Assembly (NCBI RefSeq): GCF_000025125.1
Contig: NC_013771.1
Span: forward strand, 1,350,001 to 1,382,000
Direction of reading: 5' to 3'
Origin: Candidatus Atelocyanobacterium thalassa isolate ALOHA
Lineage (GTDB): Bacteria; Cyanobacteriota; Cyanobacteriia; Cyanobacteriales; Microcystaceae
Length of the DNA stretch: 32,000 bases
Shown here: positions 10,573 to 19,182 of the stretch, one piece after another
Numbering within the stretch: the first letter of the stretch is position 1
How the letters are laid out: each line of letters opens with the position of its first letter
Translations under genes and position numbers: made by a program
The notes under the pieces: generated by a model
The model's database searches: none
Seen by the model: the letters and a program-made list of their open reading frames with translations, nothing else
What the model was told of the DNA's origin: nothing

Positions 10573-10707
10573 ATGCAAGTTCTCAACTTTCTTTTCTACA
10601 CTGCTTTTACTTTATTAGTTTTAGTAAGCATCGGTGTTATTTATTTAACTGTTATGGACCGATATGGTCGTTATTCTCAAAAACAAAGTGAAGAAAATAA
10701 ATTCTAA
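10573..10707 (+). CDS. Hypothetical 44-aa single-pass membrane protein, probably co-transcribed with petN
   Basis: It is not in the ORF track. The ATG lies 13 nt after the petN stop. The translation is MQVLNFLFYTAFTLLVLVSIGVIYLTVMDRYGRYSQKQSEENKF, one TM helix plus a charged tail. Two strong hairpins follow it. I recognise no family. Confidence 0.45.
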   Translation: MQVLNFLFYTAFTLLVLVSIGVIYLTVMDRYGRYSQKQSEENKF

Positions 10708-10773
10708 GATTTAAGAAGGAAATCATCTTTTCTTGGATTTTATAACACAACTTAAGCAATACGAACTACATAG

Positions 10774-10800
10774 ATGAATTAAATCATATGATTTATTCAT
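10774..10800. repeat. Imperfect palindrome/stem-loop downstream of the petN unit
   Basis: The core is a perfect 14-bp palindrome, aaatcatatgattt (10781-10794). It is flanked by complementary atgaat/attcat arms with one bulged T. Confidence 0.5.
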
Positions 10801-10814
10801 ATCTTGTGAACATT

Positions 10815-10859
10815 AAAAATCAATAAGGTGAATAATTTGATTTTGCCTTATTGATTTTT
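10815..10859. terminator. Bidirectional terminator between the petN unit (+) and ycf54 (-)
   Basis: A perfect 14-bp stem pairs aaaaatcaataagg (10815-10828) with ccttattgattttt (10846-10859), with a 17-nt loop. The A-run and T-run at the arm ends provide U-tails in both directions. Confidence 0.65.
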
Positions 10860-10867
10860 AATTTTAT

Positions 10868-11203
10868 TTAGGATTTAGAAGTGGAAGTTAAGGAAGCTAG
10901 TGGATCTGGAATTGTAGAAGAAGGAGCTTGAAATTCTCCTCGTGCTACATATTCTAGTCGTAGCTTTAACCAAGTAATAAAACCATGATCTGTTGAAATA
11001 ATAGCAACACTTGGCTGAGGGCATTGAGCCTTAATATCAGCAAATTCCGGAGCTTCAATAAAAGCAGGGTCTTTGATGAGCCAGAAATCAATTGTTTTTT
11101 CTTTTTCTTGATAGTCTCTAACTCTTTCTCTCAATACTTCGTCTAAAGGTTCTTCTTCTAAAAGAAATTTTTGACTAGCTAAAACGTAATAATAGGTATT
11201 CAT
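10868..11203 (-). CDS. ycf54: Ycf54-like protein (DUF2488; associated with the Mg-protoporphyrin monomethyl ester cyclase)
   Basis: The N-terminus MNTYYYVLASQKFLLEEEPLDEVLRER...IDFWL and the segment FITWLKLRLEYV match my memory of cyanobacterial Ycf54. The length is 111 aa. Confidence 0.7.
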   Translation of the reverse strand: MNTYYYVLASQKFLLEEEPLDEVLRERVRDYQEKEKTIDFWLIKDPAFIEAPEFADIKAQCPQPSVAIISTDHGFITWLKLRLEYVARGEFQAPSSTIPDPLASLTSTSKS

Positions 11204-11206
11204 TGC

Positions 11207-11281
11207 TTATTAATTAATCCTGACTGCTCAACTACTATTATTCAACTTAAGGATGCTGTATTGGTCAAGATTAATTAATAA
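11207..11281. repeat. Long AT-rich inverted repeat filling the pdxJ-ycf54 spacer
   Basis: The 13-nt arms ttattaattaatc (11207-11219) and gattaattaataa (11269-11281) are exact reverse complements. The pairing extends inward by tgac/gtca after one mismatch, leaving a loop of about 39 nt. Both arms contain the self-complementary ttaattaa. Confidence 0.4.
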
Positions 11282-11282
11282 T

Positions 11283-12032
11283 TTATAATTCTCCTTTTAT
11301 TGCTAGTTTCATTTCTTTAACCGCTCTTTCCATTCCTACTAATACAGCACGACTTACAATCGTATGGCCTATGTTTAACTCTTCTATACCTGGAAGACAA
11401 GCAACAGAATAAACATTACTATAATTGAGACCATGGCCAGCGTTGATTTTTATACCTAAATCAAGAGCTTGTTTACATCCTAATTTCAATAATTTTAGTT
11501 CTTCTTGACACTGTTTATCGCTGGTTGAATTTACGTATTGTCCTGTATGTAGCTCAATATGTTTTGCTCTGGTATCTGCGGATGCCTGAATTTGATCTTG
11601 ATTGCTATCAATAAAAAGACTAGCGATAATTCCATTTTCTTGTATCCTACCAACTATTTTTTTTAAATGCTCCAAATTTGTTTTAACATCTAAACCACCT
11701 TCTGTAGTTATTTCTTCACGCTTTTCCGGAACTAGAGTAATACAGTGAGGTTTGATATCAAAAGCAATTTGAAGCATCTCTTCAGTAGCAGCAATTTCTA
11801 AGTTCAAACGTGTTTGGATTGTTTCTTTGATGAGAAATACATCTCGATCTTGAATATGCCGCCTATCTTCTCTTAAATGCATAGTAATACCATTTGCCCC
11901 TCCTAGTTCTGCTAAAACTGCTGCTATAACTGGATTCGGTTCAGTTGAACATCTTGCTTGACGAATAGTAGCAATATGATCAATATTTACTCCGAGAGTT
12001 GGTAATTTAAACTTTTCTTCTCTATCAGACAT
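11283..12032 (-). CDS. pdxJ: Pyridoxine 5'-phosphate synthase
   Basis: Motifs LGVNIDHIATIRQAR, HLREDRRHI, EKREEITTEGGLDV and ELNIGHTIV are present. The length is 249 aa. Confidence 0.93.
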   Translation of the reverse strand: MSDREEKFKLPTLGVNIDHIATIRQARCSTEPNPVIAAVLAELGGANGITMHLREDRRHIQDRDVFLIKETIQTRLNLEIAATEEMLQIAFDIKPHCITLVPEKREEITTEGGLDVKTNLEHLKKIVGRIQENGIIASLFIDSNQDQIQASADTRAKHIELHTGQYVNSTSDKQCQEELKLLKLGCKQALDLGIKINAGHGLNYSNVYSVACLPGIEELNIGHTIVSRAVLVGMERAVKEMKLAIKGEL

Positions 12033-12293
12033 TTTATAAATTAGTAAAGGGTTTAAACTGAAATAACTAATATCATTTTTATAATAACAACTATATATTG
12101 ATCGAAAAGAATAAAGTATTAAATTTCAAATATAACTAAAATAATTTAAGATGTAGTCTATATAATCTTATTTCATTGATTAAAAACACAAGAGTAAATT
12201 CTTACATAAAAAAATTTAATATCAAATATATGAAATATTAGATTAACGGATAATAGTTTTTAATCAAGATATCTTCTATCTAATCATACCACT

Positions 12294-13667
12294 ATGAATT
12301 TTTTATGTTTTCGGTATAATTTCATTTCTATCACTATATTTTGTAGTACATTTATATTTTTTATTTTTAGTAGTCTTAGACATATACTTTTTCAATCAAC
12401 AGCTTGGGATTTAGCAATTTTTGACCAAGCAGTTTATTTAATTAGTCAAGGTAAAATACCTAATTCATCTTTTCTAAATATCCACATTTTAGGAGATCAT
12501 GCTTCTTTAATACTTTATCCATTATCTTTATTTTATGTATTTTACCCTTCAGTTTATTGGCTGTTTTTTGTGCAAGCATTATCTCTAAGCTTAGGAATAT
12601 TACCTATTTATTATTTATGTCAAAATCAAGGCTTAAATAAAAATGATTCGTTGATGATAATTTTTATATATTTGTTCTACCCGTTAGTTTTTAATATTAA
12701 TTTATTTGATTTCCATCCTGATGTAATATTTATTCCAGCAATTTTATTTGCTCTTTTAGCCGTCTTCGAAAATAGATTTTTTTTGTTTGTCTTATCTATA
12801 CTCATCGCTTTGAGCTGTAAAAGTATATTTTCTTTAACAGTTATGTTTATGGGTTTATGGCTGTTGTCTTTTGAGAAGAAGAAATTTAGTTTATTTGCGA
12901 TTGGAAGTGGTTTAACTTGGTTCATTGTTAGTACAAAGGTTATCATTCCTATTTTTGGTAATAATAATTCTAATATTGAAAGACATATCGAAAGATTTAA
13001 TTATCTCGGAAATACATTTTCCGAAATAACTCACAATTTATTTTTTAGACCTACTCTAGTTTTAGAAGGAATATTCAATCTATCTAATTTTGGATATTTA
13101 CTATTACTAATGGCACCTATTTTTTGGGGTATATCCTTAGTATCACTTTCTCCTTTGATATCTTGTATTCCTAGTTTTGCAATAAATTTATTGTCTCAAA
13201 ATATTCTACAAAAAGACCTTTTACATCATTATTCTCTGCCTATTTTACCATTTTTAATGGTAGTTGTTATTAAAACTATAGCTCAAAGGAAAAAGCCGAT
13301 TTGGAGAAAATATATATTCCTATGGTCTCTAATTTCTTTTATTGCGTTGGCTAAGTTAGGTAATTTTACTTCCCGATATTTAGTGTCTTTAGACATGTGG
13401 ACAGCGAATACAGAAGCTATCAATAAGATATATGATGAAGAGAGTGTATTGACTTACTCTTATATTGCTCCTCATATTAGCCATCGCTCTATTGTAAAGT
13501 TGATTGAGCAAGAGGCAAATATAAATTTAGAGCAATTTAATAATATTCTCTTAAATGATGTTTTTCCGCAGAGTGAAAATATTAAAAGACGGATTCAAGA
13601 AAGTGACCACTTCTCGTTAACTTTCCAAAAAAATAATGTTTATCTTTTCCAAAAAAATAATGTTTGA
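12294..13667 (+). CDS. DUF2079-family polytopic membrane protein (GT-C-like predicted glycosyltransferase fold)
   Basis: It has roughly a dozen hydrophobic segments. The first loop carries STAWDLAIFDQAVYLISQG, characteristic of DUF2079 as I recall it. The C-terminus ends in a duplicated FQKNNV motif. Confidence 0.65.
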   Translation: MNFLCFRYNFISITIFCSTFIFFIFSSLRHILFQSTAWDLAIFDQAVYLISQGKIPNSSFLNIHILGDHASLILYPLSLFYVFYPSVYWLFFVQALSLSLGILPIYYLCQNQGLNKNDSLMIIFIYLFYPLVFNINLFDFHPDVIFIPAILFALLAVFENRFFLFVLSILIALSCKSIFSLTVMFMGLWLLSFEKKKFSLFAIGSGLTWFIVSTKVIIPIFGNNNSNIERHIERFNYLGNTFSEITHNLFFRPTLVLEGIFNLSNFGYLLLLMAPIFWGISLVSLSPLISCIPSFAINLLSQNILQKDLLHHYSLPILPFLMVVVIKTIAQRKKPIWRKYIFLWSLISFIALAKLGNFTSRYLVSLDMWTANTEAINKIYDEESVLTYSYIAPHISHRSIVKLIEQEANINLEQFNNILLNDVFPQSENIKRRIQESDHFSLTFQKNNVYLFQKNNV

Positions 13668-13669
13668 TT
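13622..13669 (+). repeat. 24-bp in-frame tandem duplication spanning the stop codon of the DUF2079 gene
   Basis: tttccaaaaaaataatgttt occurs at 13622-13641 and again at 13646-13665, a period of 24 nt. This encodes FQKNNVYL-FQKNNV-stop. Confidence 0.85.
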
Positions 13670-13760
13670 TTGATAAATTAGCAAAGAAACAATTGCATAA
13701 GCATTATTTACACTTAATTAAGATAAAAATATTCAAATAATTATTAATAAATTTAAATTT

Positions 13761-13964
13761 TTACGTAATGTCGTTTTCATAGTTAGTTATAGATTCATTA
13801 TTTATTTGGTTATAAGAATTTTCTTCTATGAAAACTGGCTTATCAGGAATAACTGACATCTTATAAAAGACAAGATAAGCTAAAAGAGAAACACTACCAA
13901 AGAAAAGAAAAACTCCGATAAACATACCCAAAATAGTTTTAGAAAATTTAGATAGACTAATCAT
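13761..13964 (-). CDS. Hypothetical small single-pass membrane protein (67 aa)
   Basis: The ORF has one hydrophobic helix (ILGMFIGVFLFFGSVSLLAYLVF) and an N/E-rich tail. It does not overlap another gene. I recognise no family, and in AT-rich DNA it could be spurious. Confidence 0.35.
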   Translation of the reverse strand: MISLSKFSKTILGMFIGVFLFFGSVSLLAYLVFYKMSVIPDKPVFIEENSYNQINNESITNYENDIT

Positions 13965-14252
13965 ATTTATTTTGTAACAAAACTGTAAAAACTAAAATAG
14001 TGATTAACTGTATATGAATTATTTAAGCAATGTTTTGAATTTTACTGAACTGTACATTGAACTTGATTTAAAATCATAATAATATTCTTGATCTTGAGAT
14101 ATCACTTATTAGATATCTTTCTTACTTAAATAAACTATATAGCAATCATTTTTTAATAATACTCATTGTACACATAATCTTCATGAATATACCTTAACCT
14201 TAAATATAAAATTTCGATAGCCGAATATTTAATAATAAGTTTGATATAAAAA

Positions 14253-15917
14253 TTAAAATCCTAACTCTGATCTTGCTATTTTTGCAGTATTAAAAACTTC
14301 TTCATTAGACACTTCTTTCCAATTAGTATTACCAATCTGTGAATAAAATTCTTTATCATAAGTACGAGTCTTCACAACAACAGGCATTGGAACAGCATGA
14401 CCTAGTATTAAGACTTGTTGCTTTGAATCTAATTTTGCTAAAACTGAACGAAGATTTTGTCCCCCAGAAACCCCTGTAAAAATAGCATCTATATCTTTCT
14501 CGTCATTTAATAAACATGTAATTCTTGTTCCAATTTGTGACATAACTTCATTATCAATTCCAGACGGTCTTTGATCTACAATCAACAAAGTAACAAAATA
14601 TTTTCTCATTTCTCTAGCAATAGTTCCAAAGATAGTCTGATGAACTATCTTAGAATCTAAAAAACGATGAGCTTCCTCAATTGTAATTACTAATTGTTTC
14701 GGGCGATTAAGGGGATTTTTAGTTTGTAAAAAATTTTCTGCTTTTTTCACATAACTATTATGTATCCTCCGTGTAATCATATTAGTTGCAAGCATATAAG
14801 AAAGCATATTAGATTGAGAGCCAAATTCAATAACAACGTGTTTCCCAGCATCCAGAGATGCTAATATTTGATTTATATAATTATGCGGACATATATTTTT
14901 TAAATATTTTAAATTTTCTAAACGCATTAATTTTCTTTGCAAAGACATAATTGATCCTGCATGACCTTGTTTATCTTGACAAAAAAGCTTAATTTCTTCG
15001 TTTGTCATACTTAATAATTGTGTTATCCAAGATTTACCATATTCAGCTTCTAAAATATTTGCATTGTCTAAACTTGCTTCAGAGATTCCTAGTTCTTGTC
15101 CAACAAGTCGTATATCTTCAATATCAATTTGGTCATAGCTTAAATATAATTCTTGAGCATCTATAACTCCTCTTCTCTTTGTTGATTGAGAGTCTAATGT
15201 AAAGATTTCTACTTGTCCTGGAAATAATTGACATAAGCCTTTAACAGTAGAGAATTTTTTACCTTCTTTTATTGCTTCCCATCCATACTCTGAATGCATA
15301 TCGAACATAAGATTAACAGCTGCTCTCTTTTTAATAATTCCTGCAATTAAGAGTTTTGTTAAAAAAGATTTTCCAGTTCCTGATTTTCCAAAGATACCAT
15401 TACTTCTTTCAACAAATTTGTCTAAATTAATACAAATAGGAACATTCATATCTAAAGGTTTTCCAATCATAAAATTATTGCAAGTATCATCATCTTCCCA
15501 ACCAAAAACTGTTCTGAAATCTTTTTCAGAAGCTTCATAGACTGGACTAAAGTGAGAAGGTACTGTCTTTACAGGGAGCAATTCCAGATTAGTGTCAATA
15601 TTTTTTGTATCTTGTTTAGTAGGAGCCAACATTAGCATAGGTGTAATTTCAATAGTGCTATAAATAGTTCTACCTGCCAAAATATCTATCATTAAAGTAT
15701 CTTGAAAGCTGGGAGGATTAGAAAAAATCCTAGAATTTGTAATTCCTAATGAAATGTTCGTTACAAGAGAAAAAAAGCGAGATTCAGATCCTTGAACAAC
15801 TAGGAATTTCCCTACCCGCATCTGCTCAACAGATATATCTGAATTTAATTTAACTTCTAATCCTTGAGACAAAGAACCTTGAATTACTATACCTAAAGAA
15901 TGCTCTTGTATATTCAT
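14253..15917 (-). CDS. HerA/FtsK-type P-loop ATPase (DUF87/COG0433-like)
   Basis: It has Walker A GKSGTGKSF and the Walker B-like LVITIEEAHRFL. It also has the HerA-typical VDQRPSGID...IGTRITCLLNDEKD segment and an N-terminal beta-barrel-like region. The length is 554 aa. Confidence 0.8.
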   Translation of the reverse strand: MNIQEHSLGIVIQGSLSQGLEVKLNSDISVEQMRVGKFLVVQGSESRFFSLVTNISLGITNSRIFSNPPSFQDTLMIDILAGRTIYSTIEITPMLMLAPTKQDTKNIDTNLELLPVKTVPSHFSPVYEASEKDFRTVFGWEDDDTCNNFMIGKPLDMNVPICINLDKFVERSNGIFGKSGTGKSFLTKLLIAGIIKKRAAVNLMFDMHSEYGWEAIKEGKKFSTVKGLCQLFPGQVEIFTLDSQSTKRRGVIDAQELYLSYDQIDIEDIRLVGQELGISEASLDNANILEAEYGKSWITQLLSMTNEEIKLFCQDKQGHAGSIMSLQRKLMRLENLKYLKNICPHNYINQILASLDAGKHVVIEFGSQSNMLSYMLATNMITRRIHNSYVKKAENFLQTKNPLNRPKQLVITIEEAHRFLDSKIVHQTIFGTIAREMRKYFVTLLIVDQRPSGIDNEVMSQIGTRITCLLNDEKDIDAIFTGVSGGQNLRSVLAKLDSKQQVLILGHAVPMPVVVKTRTYDKEFYSQIGNTNWKEVSNEEVFNTAKIARSELGF

Positions 15918-16261
15918 TGAAAGATAAAAAACATCAAAATTTTAGTTAATAAGTAAGATAGTAAACTATATGTAGTAACCTAAAAAATATTATGTACTTA
16001 TAATCAGTTTTATTTATTTATATTCATAACAGTCACTATTAAAATGATGTTAGGCTAGTAAGTTAGATTTTTAGTAATTTCTAAAATGATAAAAGTGATA
16101 TATTGTTATCTTAGAAAATATAAAATAAAAATAAAAAATTATAAACTTTGTATATTGTTTAAATATTTTAGTAATGTTTATTATTAATACTATTTTAAAT
16201 AATTTTTTCTCTCAAGAAGATGAGATGATCATATGTCCCGTAGTTATAAGGAAAACTTTAA

Positions 16262-18082
16262 ATGCAACTATCCAAAGTATTGTTTGTGACTTTACGTGAA
16301 GATCCTGCAGAAGCAGAAATAATAAGCCATAAACTTTTATTGAGATCTTGTTATATTCGTCGTGTTAGTAGTGGTATTTATTCTTATCTACCTTTGATGT
16401 GGCGAGTATTAAGAAAAACTTCTCAAATAATAAGAGAAGAGATGAATTCAATTGGAGGTCAAGAATGTTTATTACCTCAGTTACAAATATCGGATTTATG
16501 GGAAGAATCAGGCAGATGGAAAACTTATACTGAAGCTGAAGGGATTATGTTTTCTCTAATAGATAGGCAAAACAGAGAATTGGCTTTAGGCCCAACTCAT
16601 GAAGAAGTAGTTACATCTATAGTTAGAGATATGGTCGTTTCATATAAACAGATGCCTTTAAATTTATATCAAATTCAAACGAAATTTAGGGATGAGATTC
16701 GTCCTCGTTTTGGTTTGATGAGAAGTAGAGAATTCATAATGAAAGATGCTTATTCTTTTGATGAAAATCTAGAAAACCTGCAGAAAAATTATGATATGGT
16801 AAGCCAAGCTTATTGTAATATTTTAAAACGTTGTGGATTATCTTTTAAAGTTGTAGAGGCAGACTCTGGAACTATAGGTGGTTTAGCTTCTCAAGAATTT
16901 ATGGTCTTAACAGACGTTGGGGAAGATGAAATTTTATATACAGAAGATAATAGTTATGCAGCAAATGTAGAGAAAGCAGTTTCTATCCCTAGTTCAGAAA
17001 ACATATCACCTTTTAATATTTATGAAGAAAGAGCAACTCTAAATTGCAACACAATCAAAAAACTCTCTGAAGTGCTCAATTGTTCTTCTACCAATATTGT
17101 CAAAAATTTACTATATCGAGCAATCTATGATAACAAAAAAAGTATATTAGTCTTGATAAGTATTCGAGGAGATCAAGATATTAATGAAATAAAACTTAGT
17201 AATGAATTAAATCATTTAGCTTTTAAATACGGCGCATCAACATTATTAACTTTACAAATCTTTGATCAAGAGTCTGAATTAAAACTTATTAATAGTACAT
17301 TTCCGTTCGGTTATATTGGCCCAGATCTAGAAGATTCTTATATTAGTATTGAAGAAAATCTTGAATCTTCTTTTTTAAGAATTGCAGATAAGACTATTAT
17401 TAATTTGAAGAACTTCGTTACTGGCTCCAATAAGGAAGGGTATCATACTGTAGGAAGTAATTGGGGAAAGTCACACAAATTACCAGAATTAGTCTTTGAC
17501 GTAAGGAGAGCTAAGGAAGGTGATAAGATTTCTGAAAATAGTCAAGAAAGATTAATAAGTAAAAAAGGGGTTGAAGTAGGACATGTTTTTCAGCTAGGAA
17601 CAAAGTATTCGAAAAAAATGAAAGCAACCTTTACAGATAAAAATGGTGAGGAGAAACCTATTGTTATGGGATGTTATGGTATTGGAGTTTCTCGCTTAGT
17701 TCAGTCTGCTGTAGAACAAAATCATGATAAACATGGAATCATTTGGCCACTTGCAATAGCTCCTTACCACGCTATTATAATAGTTCCAAATGTTAAGGAG
17801 AAGCAGCAAATGGAAATTGCAGAAAAGATATATTACGATTTAAATAGCATTGGAATAGAAACTATTTTAGATGATCGTACTGAGCGGATAGGCTCTAAAT
17901 TTAAAGATGCTGAACTTATTGGAATTCCTTATCAAATAGTAACAGGAAGAACATTGAAATTTGGCAAAGTAGAGGTAGTAGACAGAAAAACTAAAAATTC
18001 ACAAGAAGTTATTATTGAAGAATTACCTAAGCTATTTCATGAGTTTTTTAAGAATATTAAGTTGTCATCACCATTAATCTGA
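16262..18082 (+). CDS. proS: Proline--tRNA ligase (bacterial type with an inserted editing domain)
   Basis: The N-terminus [28 protein letters not shown] is typical. Class II motif 2 is [25 protein letters not shown] and motif 3 is [10 protein letters not shown]. The length is 606 aa. Confidence 0.95.
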   Translation: MQLSKVLFVTLREDPAEAEIISHKLLLRSCYIRRVSSGIYSYLPLMWRVLRKTSQIIREEMNSIGGQECLLPQLQISDLWEESGRWKTYTEAEGIMFSLIDRQNRELALGPTHEEVVTSIVRDMVVSYKQMPLNLYQIQTKFRDEIRPRFGLMRSREFIMKDAYSFDENLENLQKNYDMVSQAYCNILKRCGLSFKVVEADSGTIGGLASQEFMVLTDVGEDEILYTEDNSYAANVEKAVSIPSSENISPFNIYEERATLNCNTIKKLSEVLNCSSTNIVKNLLYRAIYDNKKSILVLISIRGDQDINEIKLSNELNHLAFKYGASTLLTLQIFDQESELKLINSTFPFGYIGPDLEDSYISIEENLESSFLRIADKTIINLKNFVTGSNKEGYHTVGSNWGKSHKLPELVFDVRRAKEGDKISENSQERLISKKGVEVGHVFQLGTKYSKKMKATFTDKNGEEKPIVMGCYGIGVSRLVQSAVEQNHDKHGIIWPLAIAPYHAIIIVPNVKEKQQMEIAEKIYYDLNSIGIETILDDRTERIGSKFKDAELIGIPYQIVTGRTLKFGKVEVVDRKTKNSQEVIIEELPKLFHEFFKNIKLSSPLI

Positions 18083-18200
18083 AAAATTAGTAAAAAACTA
18101 TAACTTGTTTATCATATAAGATAAAAATATTAAATTACTATATATCTTATTTTCAAGTAACTTTTGTTGTTGCAAATTTCAATTATTTTTTGCAATTTTT

Positions 18201-19070
18201 ATGCATGTAATTACCGGAAAAACTAAGCTTTTAGGAGTTATTGGAGACCCTGTCAAGCATTCTCTTTCTCCAGTTATACATAATACGGTTATTTCTGAAT
18301 TAGAAGTAGACTATATTTATGTTCCTTTTTCTGTTACTAAAAAACACTTGGATACTGCATTAATAGGACTTGCCAATATAGGAGTAGTTGGTTTTAATGT
18401 AACGATTCCCCACAAGCAAGCTATCTTACCTTTACTTTGTAAAATTACCAAAACTGCTCAAATGATAGGAGCAGTAAATACTGTCTGGCACACAGATGAA
18501 GGCTGGAATGGTACTAATACAGATATTATTGGTATTCTAGAATCTTTAAAACCATTAAATTGTAATTGGTCAAAGATTAAGCCTATGATTTTAGGATGTG
18601 GAGGAGCCGCCAAAGCATCTATTGTTGCTTTGGCAAAGTTAGGATGTACTGACATCATAGTAGTAGGAAGAAGTTATGATAAATTAAAAACCTTCAAAGA
18701 GGTTTGGTCAAAGAATAAGTTTTTTGATTCTATAAATATTTATTGTTTTAGTGAGTTATCAAAAATACTACACAAAACTCAATTACTCATTAATGCAACT
18801 CCTGTTGGAATGTCTCCTAATATTAATAAATCTCCTATAAATAAAGAGCTTTTAAAAAAGTTACCCAGTAAAGCAATTGTTTATGATCTAATTTATTCCC
18901 CAAGTTCAACTATGTTACTTCAGGACGCTCACAACTTGGGATTAGCAACTATGAATGGTTCAACAATGCTAGTTTACCAAGGTGCTGCGTCATTAGAATT
19001 ATGGCTACAGAGAACAATCCCAATTGATTTAATGCATCGTTCATTGATAGATTACTTGAAAAAAAATTAA
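18201..19070 (+). CDS. aroE: Shikimate dehydrogenase
   Basis: Motifs GVIGDPVKHSLSPVIHN, NVTIPHK, NTD and the nucleotide-binding GCGGAAKA are present. The length is 289 aa. Confidence 0.9.
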   Translation: MHVITGKTKLLGVIGDPVKHSLSPVIHNTVISELEVDYIYVPFSVTKKHLDTALIGLANIGVVGFNVTIPHKQAILPLLCKITKTAQMIGAVNTVWHTDEGWNGTNTDIIGILESLKPLNCNWSKIKPMILGCGGAAKASIVALAKLGCTDIIVVGRSYDKLKTFKEVWSKNKFFDSINIYCFSELSKILHKTQLLINATPVGMSPNINKSPINKELLKKLPSKAIVYDLIYSPSSTMLLQDAHNLGLATMNGSTMLVYQGAASLELWLQRTIPIDLMHRSLIDYLKKN

Positions 19071-19109
19071 TCTTCTAATATCAAAATTAACTATTGAGCT
19101 CAGTATATT

Positions 19110-19160
19110 TAGAGTAATAATTTAAGATAAATGTTGATAGATTATCATTTTATTACTCTA
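19110..19160. terminator. Stem-loop between convergent aroE and the arsA-like gene
   Basis: A perfect 11-bp stem pairs tagagtaataa (19110-19120) with ttattactcta (19150-19160). The loop is long (29 nt) and the stem is AT-rich, so this is weak as an intrinsic terminator. Confidence 0.35.
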
Positions 19161-19182
19161 ATATATTATTTCTAAGTTGTCT

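Noticed and set aside
14253-15917. The HerA-like ATPase as part of an anti-phage defence system (Sir2-HerA, DUF4297-HerA) or a NurA-HerA repair pair.
   Set aside because: No effector or nuclease ORF lies on either side and both flanks are non-coding. The surrounding genes are pure housekeeping with no island signatures such as integrase, tRNA or a composition shift.
16232-16288. A short out-of-frame ORF (ATG TCC CGT AGT...) overlapping the proS start, as a possible leader peptide.
   Set aside because: It has only about 18 codons and no Pro-rich or attenuator-like features. No alternative hairpins are evident, so it is most likely fortuitous.
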